5,312 nt of DNA, from the IMG/VR virus record IMGVR_UViG_2713896777_000013; one strand, written 5' to 3'. Under the pieces are notes generated by a model. It worked only from the letters and a program-made list of their open reading frames with translations, made no database searches and was not told the origin of the DNA. Origin of the DNA: a virus. Lineage: Duplodnaviria > Heunggongvirae > Uroviricota > Caudoviricetes. The position numbers and the translations under genes are program-made. Positions 1-5,312 of this stretch are shown one piece after another. Each line of letters begins with the position of its first letter. Positions within the stretch are counted from its first letter, which is position 1.

Positions 1-45
1 TGGAGTTCTGCAGATCTGACTTATTCCATTACATACGAGATGTGA
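1..45 (+). CDS. U: Tail terminator protein gpU-like, 3' end only (partial, 5' end outside window)
   Basis: Frame 1 reads [14 protein letters not shown] then TGA at 43-45, matching the recalled C-terminus of lambda gpU (..SSADLTYVITYEM). It sits immediately upstream of V as in lambda. Confidence 0.8.
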   Translation, partial: WSSADLTYSITYEM

Positions 46-52
46 GGACGAT

Positions 53-647
53 ATGGCAACACCAAATCCCCTTGAGCCGGTAAAAGGTGCCGGTACCACT
101 CTGTGGGTTTACAACGGCAAGGGTGATGCTTATGCAAACCCGTTGTCAGACGATGACTGGCAGCGACTGGCTAAGGTGAAGGATCTGACGCCGGGCGAGA
201 TGACGGCAGAANNNNNNNNNNNNNNNNNNNNNNNNNNNNNNNNNNNNNNNNNNNNNNNNNNNNNNNNNNNNNNNNNNNNNNNNNGTGACGGCGAAAGAAG
301 TGATCACCCGCACGGTGAAAGTGACCAACGTGGGCAAACCTTCTGTAGCGGAAGAACGCAGCAAAATTACGCCGGTCACTGCGATTAAGGTGACGCCGAC
401 ATCCGGTACGGTGGCAAAAGGGAAAACAACCACCCTGACGGTTTCTTTTGAGCCGGAAAGTGCAACCGACAAGACGTTCAGAGCGGTTTCCGCCGATCCG
501 TCGAAAGCCACCATTAGTGTGAAAGATATGACAATTACGGTAAACGGCGTGGCGACAGGTAAGGTGCAGATCCCTGTGGTGAGCGGAAATGGTCAGTTCG
601 CCGCAGTGGCTGAAGTCACCGTTACTGAAGCGGGCGCTGCAGGGTAA
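53..647 (+). CDS. V: Major tail tube protein gpV-like, interrupted by an assembly gap (N-run 212-284); C-terminal Ig-like (Big_2-type) domain
   Basis: ATG at 53 preceded by GAGGA (44-48). N-terminal [53 protein letters not shown] is collinear with lambda gpV ([22 protein letters not shown]..). After the gap, [49 protein letters not shown] matches the gpV C-terminal domain; TAA at 645-647. The pre- and post-gap segments are in different frames (2 and 0), so the 73 N is a placeholder of unknown true length. Confidence 0.9.
212..284. other. Assembly gap (73 N) inside gene V
   Basis: Run of N from 212 to 284; the coding frame differs on the two sides. Confidence 0.95.
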
Positions 648-660
648 ACGGAGGTAATAC

Positions 661-1083
661 ATGTTTCTGAAAACAGAACAATTTGAATATAACGGTGTGT
701 CCGTCACGCTTTCCGAATTGTCTGCGCTGCAGCGGTTTGATTATATAAAGTTTGTTTCAGACGCAGAACAACAGGAGACAACGAAGCATGATGTCGTGCA
801 CATTAACCAGCGATATCTGGAAACGGCATCCCTGCTTGTGGCGATGTCGCTATGGCATTCCCATTCCCTCAAAGGCACTCTGGCCTCTCCGGAGACAGAG
901 ATGCAGCAGATCCGCCGTGAAGTGATGCTGGGATGGCCTGCTGATGCACTGAATCAGGCAACGAACCGGGTGCTTTATCTTTCAGGTATGCTGGATAACC
1001 GGCACGATGCCGATCCTGAACAAACCGGGAAAGCAGAAGCGACTGAGCCGGTAACATCAAAAAAGCATTCGAAGGCGAGCTGA
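661..1083 (+). CDS. G: Tail assembly chaperone gpG-like
   Basis: ATG at 661 with GGAGG at 650-654. 140 aa product starting MFLKTEQFEYNGVSVTLSELSALQR.., collinear with lambda gpG (MFLKTESFEHNGVTVTLSELSALQR..); TGA at 1081-1083. Immediately follows V. Confidence 0.92.
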   Translation: MFLKTEQFEYNGVSVTLSELSALQRFDYIKFVSDAEQQETTKHDVVHINQRYLETASLLVAMSLWHSHSLKGTLASPETEMQQIRREVMLGWPADALNQATNRVLYLSGMLDNRHDADPEQTGKAEATEPVTSKKHSKAS

Positions 1084-1523
1084 ACTTTGTCCTGAAACTG
1101 GCGCGAGAGATGGGGAGACCCGACTGGCGCGCCATGCTTGCCGGGATGACATCCACCGAATATGCCGACTGGCGACGTTTTTACTGCACGCATTATTTTC
1201 AGGATACCCAACTGGACGCTCATTTTTCCGGGCTGATGTACGCCGTACTCAGCCTGTTTTTTGGCGATCCGGATATGCATCCGGCGGATTTCAGTCTGCT
1301 TGCTCCAGCGTGTGAGGAAGAGCAGACGGAGATGCCGGACGAGGAAGAAATGCTGATGCAGAAAGCGACAGGAGTTGCCGGAGGCGTCCGGTTCGGAGGG
1401 GACGGAGGGCGCGATATTTCACCTTCTGCGGATGTGGTGGATGTCAGCGAGGATGATGTTGCATTAATGATGGCTTCAGCGGGGATTTCCGGAGGTGTGA
1501 GATATGTCCCAGCCAGCGGGTGA
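661..1523 (+). CDS. T: Tail assembly chaperone G-T fusion, made by programmed -1 ribosomal frameshift near the 3' end of G (G frame 661..~1065, then -1 frame to the stop at 1521-1523)
   Basis: The -1 frame (frame 0) is open from 1047 to TGA at 1521-1523 and encodes ..AFEGELNFVLKLAREMGRPDWRAMLAGMTSTEYADWRRFY.., lambda gpT-like. The T frame has no convincing independent start before the homology begins. Slippery heptamer A_AAA_AAG lies in the G frame at 1059-1065. Predicted fusion about 287 aa. Confidence 0.85.
1059..1065 (+). other. Putative -1 programmed ribosomal frameshift slippery heptamer A_AAA_AAG (G to G-T recoding signal)
   Basis: In the G frame the codons are TCA(1057-1059) AAA(1060-1062) AAG(1063-1065), giving an X_XXY_YYZ heptamer at 1059-1065. 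It is the only such heptamer between the frame-0 stop at 1044-1046 and the G stop at 1081-1083. Confidence 0.7.
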
Positions 1524-4116
1524 TCTGGTTATTGATTTGAGTCTGGATGCGGCCCGGTTTGATGAACAGATGGCCCGGGTACACCGTCATTTTTCCAGTC
1601 TGGAGGCGGATGCCAGAAAAACCGCCAGTACTGTTGAACAGGGGCTGAGCCGACAGGCGCTGGCTGCACAAAAAGCCGGGATATCAGTCGGACAGTATAA
1701 GGCTGCCATGCGCACACTGCCCGCACAGTTCACGGATATTGTCACTCAGCTTGCCGGTGGTCAGAATCCCTTCCTTATCATGCTGCAGCAGGGGGGGCAG
1801 ATCAGCGATTCATTCGGTGGACCGCTCAGCCTGCTTACCCTGCTGAAGGAGGAACTTCTCGGGATCAGGGATGCCTCTGAATCATCAGAGGAGTCGCTGT
1901 CAGATACGGCAAATGCACTGGCTGAAAATGCCCGGAATGCCGGTGAGCTGGGACGATTTATGTCGGTGGCCCGTGTGGCGGCAGGTGGCGGGGTTGCCGT
2001 ACTGGCCGCGCTTGCTGCCGCCGCCTGGCAGGCAGAGCAGGCTGACCGGGCCTTATTGCGTTCACTGATCCTGACCGGAGGGGCGGCTGCCACCACAACG
2101 GCAGAATTGTGGAAAATGGCCGGGGTGATCAGCGATGAAGCCGGTGGTGGTATCAGACAGGCGGCAGAAAATCTGGCCCGTCTGGCAGAAAGCGGGAAAT
2201 ATACCGCCGGGCAGCTACGGATCATGGGGGAAACCTCTCAGAGATGGCTGCAGACGGTGGGGGACGATGCCGGGAAGGTGGAAAAAGCCTTTGAAGGGAT
2301 TGCAGCAGATCCGGTGAAGGCGCTGGCCTCCCTGAATCAGCAGTATAACTTCCTGAGCGTTTCCCAGTTACGCCATATTGATGAGCTTGAGCGCACGAAA
2401 GGTAAACAGGCTGCGGTGACGGAGGCGATGTCCCTGTTTGCGGATGTCATGAATGCACGTCTGGAGCAACTTGATAAAGCGGCCACGCCGGTGGAAAAAA
2501 TCTGGGACGATGTTAAAACCTGGACTTCTGACGCATGGGCATGGATAGGTGATCATACACTGGGGGCACTCAGTCTGATCACTGACGTGGTGGCCGGAAC
2601 CGTTGAACAAGTGAAGCTGCTGCTTGTGCAGGGGGATCTGGCGCTGGCTGAATTTATTCAGTCAGCCTGGGAAACGACAAAGAATGTGCCCGGCGTTGGT
2701 GCGTTGTTTGGTGAACTGGCAGAAGAGAACCGCGTATTTATTGAGAAAACAAAACGCGATGAACTGGCGCTGAGAAAATCCATTGCGGAACGGGATGCGC
2801 GTATACGCCAGGGGGAAATGGGGTACATCAACCGCTCGCGTGCAACAGGCGTCAGCAAAGGTCCTGGGCAGCAGGAAGCCGTCAGCCGTCTGGCTGAAGA
2901 GCTGACAGGTAAAAAGCATACATCACCGAAAACGCGCTCTGCCGGGGAGAGGGAAGAGGAGCAGGCAAGAGAGGCTCTGCTTGCCCTTGAAGCTGAGCTC
3001 AGGACGCTGGAAAAACACAGCGGTGCGAATGAGAAAATCAGTCGGCAGCGCCGTGATTTATGGAAGGCGGAAAGTCAGTATGCGGTCCTGAAAGAGGCTG
3101 CCACGAAACGGCAGTTATCCTGGCAGGAAAAATCCCTGCTGGCCCATGAGAAAGAGACGCTGGAGTACAAACGCCAGCTGGCTGACCTGGGCGACAAGGT
3201 TGAACACCAGAAACGCCTGAATGAGCTGGCACAGCAGGCGGTGCGGTTTGAAGAGCAGCAGAGCGCGAAGCAGGCCGCCATCAGCGCAAAAGCCCGCGGT
3301 CTCACTGACCGTCAGGCGCAGCGGGAGTCTGAAGCGCAGCGTCTTCGGGACGTGTACGGTGATAATCCGCAGGCGCTGGCCCGGGTCACTGGGGCACTGA
3401 AACAGACATGGGCGGATGAAGACATGCTGCGCGGTGACTGGCTGGCCGGGCTGAAGTCCGGCTGGGGGGAGTGGGCGGAAAGTGCGACGGACAGTTTTTC
3501 GCAGGTTAAAAGTGCTGCCACGCAGACCTTTGACGGTATTGCACAGAATATGGCGGCGATGCTGACCGGTGCAGAGGCAGACTGGCGGGGATTCACCCGT
3601 TCGGTGCTGTCCATGATGACAGAAATCCTGCTTAAACAGGCCATGGTGGGCATTGTCGGGCGTATCGGCAGCGCCATTGGCGGTGCTTTCGGTGGTGGTG
3701 CATCTGCTTCCTCGGGGACGGCCATTGAGGCTGCGGCGGCGAACTTCCATTTCGCGACCGGAGGATTTACGGGGACGGGCGGCAAATATGAGCCTGCGGG
3801 GATAGTTCACCGCGGGGAGTTTGTTTTCACGAAAGAGGCAACCAGCCGGATAGGTGTGGGGAATCTTTACCGTCTGATGCGCGGCTATGCGGAAGGTGGT
3901 TATGTGGGTGGTGCCGGAAGTCCGGCGCAGATGCGGCGGGCGGAAGGTATTAATTTTAATCAGAACAATCACGTGGTGATTCAGAACGACGGTATCAACG
4001 GACAGGCGGGGCCGCAGCTGATGAAGGCGGTGTATGACATGGCCCGCAAGGGGGCGCAGGATGAGATTCAGGCGCAGATGCGTGATGGCGGCGTCTTTTC
4101 CGGAGGCAGGCGATGA
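1504..4116 (+). CDS. H: Tail tape measure protein gpH-like (870 aa)
   Basis: ATG at 1504 with GGAGG at 1491-1495. N-terminus MSQPAGDLVIDLSLDAARFDEQMARVHRHF.. and C-terminal third (..ALLALEAELRTLEKHSGANEKISRQRRDLWKAESQ....GGKYEPAGIVHRGEFVFTKEATSRIGVGNLYRLMRGYA..QMRDGGVFSGGRR) are collinear with recalled lambda gpH. Overlaps the end of T by 20 nt; TGA at 4114-4116. Confidence 0.95.
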   Translation: MSQPAGDLVIDLSLDAARFDEQMARVHRHFSSLEADARKTASTVEQGLSRQALAAQKAGISVGQYKAAMRTLPAQFTDIVTQLAGGQNPFLIMLQQGGQISDSFGGPLSLLTLLKEELLGIRDASESSEESLSDTANALAENARNAGELGRFMSVARVAAGGGVAVLAALAAAAWQAEQADRALLRSLILTGGAAATTTAELWKMAGVISDEAGGGIRQAAENLARLAESGKYTAGQLRIMGETSQRWLQTVGDDAGKVEKAFEGIAADPVKALASLNQQYNFLSVSQLRHIDELERTKGKQAAVTEAMSLFADVMNARLEQLDKAATPVEKIWDDVKTWTSDAWAWIGDHTLGALSLITDVVAGTVEQVKLLLVQGDLALAEFIQSAWETTKNVPGVGALFGELAEENRVFIEKTKRDELALRKSIAERDARIRQGEMGYINRSRATGVSKGPGQQEAVSRLAEELTGKKHTSPKTRSAGEREEEQAREALLALEAELRTLEKHSGANEKISRQRRDLWKAESQYAVLKEAATKRQLSWQEKSLLAHEKETLEYKRQLADLGDKVEHQKRLNELAQQAVRFEEQQSAKQAAISAKARGLTDRQAQRESEAQRLRDVYGDNPQALARVTGALKQTWADEDMLRGDWLAGLKSGWGEWAESATDSFSQVKSAATQTFDGIAQNMAAMLTGAEADWRGFTRSVLSMMTEILLKQAMVGIVGRIGSAIGGAFGGGASASSGTAIEAAAANFHFATGGFTGTGGKYEPAGIVHRGEFVFTKEATSRIGVGNLYRLMRGYAEGGYVGGAGSPAQMRRAEGINFNQNNHVVIQNDGINGQAGPQLMKAVYDMARKGAQDEIQAQMRDGGVFSGGRR

Positions 4117-4442
4117 AAACATTTCGCTGGAAAGTGAAGCCGGATATGGAGGTGAACTCGCAGCCATCGGTGCGTGAAGTGCGTTTTGGTGACGGGTACT
4201 CACAGCGTATGGCGGCAGGGCTGAATGCTGACCTGAAAACATACCGTGTGACGCTTTCCGTGACCCGGGAGGAGGCCCGGCATCTGGAAGCGTTCCTGGC
4301 AGAGCACGGAGGCTGGAAGGCATTTTTGTGGAAGCCACCCTATGCATACCGGCAGATAAAGGTGACCTGTGCCGGGTGGTCTGCGCGGGTCGGGATGTTG
4401 CGCGTTGAGTTCAGCGCGGAGTTTAAGCAGGTGGTGAACTGA
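4113..4442 (+). CDS. M: Minor tail protein gpM-like
   Basis: ATG at 4113 overlaps the H stop (ATGA); GGAGG at 4102-4106. 109 aa MKTFRWKVKPDMEVNSQPSVREVRFGDGYSQR...RVEFSAEFKQVVN is near-identical in pattern to lambda gpM. Confidence 0.95.
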   Translation: MKTFRWKVKPDMEVNSQPSVREVRFGDGYSQRMAAGLNADLKTYRVTLSVTREEARHLEAFLAEHGGWKAFLWKPPYAYRQIKVTCAGWSARVGMLRVEFSAEFKQVVN

Positions 4443-5197
4443 TGCAGGATATTCACGAAGAAAGTCTGAACGNNNNNNNNNNNNNNNNNNNNNNNNNNNN
4501 NNNNNNNNNNNNNNNNNNNNNNCTGAACGAGTCGGTTAAATCAGAGCAGTCACCGCGGGTGGTACTCTGGGAAATCGACCTGACGGTACAGGGTGGTGAG
4601 CGGTATTTTTTCTGCAATGAGCTGAATGAAAAAGGGGAGGCGGTTACCTGGCAGGGGCGGCAATATCAGGCATACCCGATTGACGGCAGTGGCTTTGAGA
4701 TGAACGGGAAGGGCAGCAGTGCCNGNCCGTCGCTGACGGTGTCGAATCTGTTNGGTCTGGTCACCGGNATGGCGGAGGACCTGCAGAGCCTGGTGGGGGC
4801 CACGGTGGTCCGCCGCCGGGTGTATGCGCGTTTTCTGGATGCGGTGAATTTCGTTGCGGGCAATCCGGAGGCGGACCCGGAGCAGGAGCTGAGTGACCGC
4901 TGGGTGGTGGAGCAGATGTCGCAGCTGACAGCCATGACGGCCTCGTTTGTGCTGGCTACACCGACCGAGACGGATGGGGCGCTGTTTCCCGGTCGCATCA
5001 TGCTGGCGAACACCTGTATGTGGGATTACCGGGGAGATGAATGCGGGTATAACGGTCCTGCGGTGGCGGATGAGTTCGATAAACCCACCACCGATATCCG
5101 TAAGGACAGATGCAGCAAGTGCATGCGCGGGTGTGAGATGCGCGGCATGGTGGCTAATTTTGGCGGTTTCCTTTCCATTAACAAACTTTCGCAGTAA
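4442..5197 (+). CDS. L: Minor tail protein gpL-like (tail tip; conserved C-terminal Cys cluster), containing a 50-N assembly gap and four ambiguous bases
   Basis: ATG at 4442 overlaps the M stop (TGATG); AGGTGG at 4429-4434. MQDIHEESLN..VVLWEIDLTVQGGERYFFCNE..GRIMLANTCMWDYRGDECGY..FGGFLSINKLSQ is collinear with lambda gpL; TAA at 5195-5197. With the N-run and the duplicated 7 bp removed the product would be about 232 aa, as in lambda. Confidence 0.93.
   Translation: MQDIHEESLNXXXXXXXXXXXXXXXXXLNESVKSEQSPRVVLWEIDLTVQGGERYFFCNELNEKGEAVTWQGRQYQAYPIDGSGFEMNGKGSSAXPSLTVSNLXGLVTXMAEDLQSLVGATVVRRRVYARFLDAVNFVAGNPEADPEQELSDRWVVEQMSQLTAMTASFVLATPTETDGALFPGRIMLANTCMWDYRGDECGYNGPAVADEFDKPTTDIRKDRCSKCMRGCEMRGMVANFGGFLSINKLSQ
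4473..4522. other. Assembly gap (50 N) inside gene L, flanked by a duplicated 7-bp CTGAACG
   Basis: Run of N from 4473 to 4522; CTGAACG occurs at 4466-4472 and again at 4523-4529. Confidence 0.95.
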
Positions 5198-5202
5198 ATC
5201 CA

Positions 5203-5312
5203 ATGACACAGACAGAATCAGCGATTCTGGCGCATGCCCGGCGGTGTGTGCCTGCGGAGTCGTGCGGCTTCGTGGTGAGAACGCCGGAGGGGGAGCGGTA
5301 TATCCCTTGTGT
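5203..5312 (+). CDS. K: Tail assembly protein gpK-like, 5' end only (partial, runs off the window)
   Basis: ATG at 5203; MTQTESAILAHARRCVPAESCGFVVRTPEGERYIPC matches the recalled lambda gpK N-terminus (MTQTESAILAHARRCAPAESCGFVV..). No obvious Shine-Dalgarno; 5 nt after the L stop. Confidence 0.85.
   Translation, partial: MTQTESAILAHARRCVPAESCGFVVRTPEGERYIPC

Noticed and set aside
201-292. Similar TGACGGC heptamers on both flanks of the first N-gap, as possible evidence that the contigs overlap
   Set aside because: Direct joining would delete about 77 residues of the gpV tube domain and the frames do not match. The similarity is explained by the encoded T-A-E and T-A-K-E motifs.
171-707. 178-aa and 122-aa minus-strand ORFs (171..707 and 146..514) overlapping V
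   Set aside because: Both run through the N-gap, so their length is an artefact, and both are antisense to the gpV homologue.
1110-1523. gpT as an independently initiated gene from ATG 1110
   Set aside because: gpT-like similarity in this frame begins upstream of 1110 (from about 1047), the ATG context (GCGAGAGATG) is a weak ribosome-binding site, and in the lambda paradigm T is made only as the G-T frameshift fusion. Annotated as a fusion instead.
1761-2225. 154-aa minus-strand ORF inside H
   Set aside because: Antisense to the tape measure gene; Ala/Ser/Pro-rich low-complexity translation; no independent support.
1871-2317. Short + strand ORFs in alternative frames inside H (1871..2068 and 2135..2317)
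   Set aside because: Out-of-frame overlaps of the tape measure gene with Trp/Arg/Pro-rich translations; no ribosome-binding site and no similarity.
3312-3785. 157-aa minus-strand ORF, plus the small minus-strand ORFs at 869..1156, 975..1280, 1444..1671, 1529..1726, 2368..2610, 2658..2919, 3038..3305, 4550..5209 and 4666..5013
   Set aside because: All are nested antisense within confidently identified + strand tail genes and lack start context or any recognisable similarity.
3115-4347. 410-aa ORF on the minus strand
   Set aside because: It is entirely antisense to the strongly lambda-homologous H and M genes. The product is Arg/Pro/Ser/Ala/His-rich low-complexity sequence of the kind produced by antisense reading of GC-rich coding DNA, with no recognisable domain or ribosome-binding site. 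Judged a stop-codon-poor antisense artefact.
1-5312. A novel defence, anti-defence or moron cargo system in this window
   Set aside because: Every gene-sized ORF is accounted for by a conserved lambda-like tail gene in canonical order with overlapping boundaries. There are no intergenic regions large enough for cargo, no repeats or CRISPR-like arrays, and no RNA genes. The honest reading is an ordinary lambdoid tail morphogenesis block.

Overview
This window is a canonical lambda-like (lambdoid siphovirus) tail-assembly module, most likely from an Enterobacteriaceae phage or prophage, all on the + strand and in lambda gene order: U (3' end) - V - G / G-T - H - M - L - K (5' end). I do not see a previously undescribed system here, and nothing is inserted between the tail genes. 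Every sizeable ORF is explained by a tail gene recognisable by collinear similarity to lambda gpU, gpV, gpG, gpT, gpH, gpM, gpL and gpK; this is from my recollection of the lambda proteins, not a database search. Genes are tightly packed with overlapping stop/start codons. The points worth a second look are: (1) the G-T programmed -1 frameshift appears to use A_AAA_AAG at 1059-1065 rather than the lambda-type heptamer; (2) a GGGAAAG heptamer 32 nt upstream is out of phase and dead-ends at a TGA; (3) the tape measure protein is mosaic, with lambda-like termini and a diverged centre; (4) two N-runs are assembly gaps, one apparently a spacer between overlapping contig ends and one hiding about 230 nt of the V gene; (5) gpL carries the conserved C-terminal cysteine cluster. 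All minus-strand ORFs are judged antisense artefacts.
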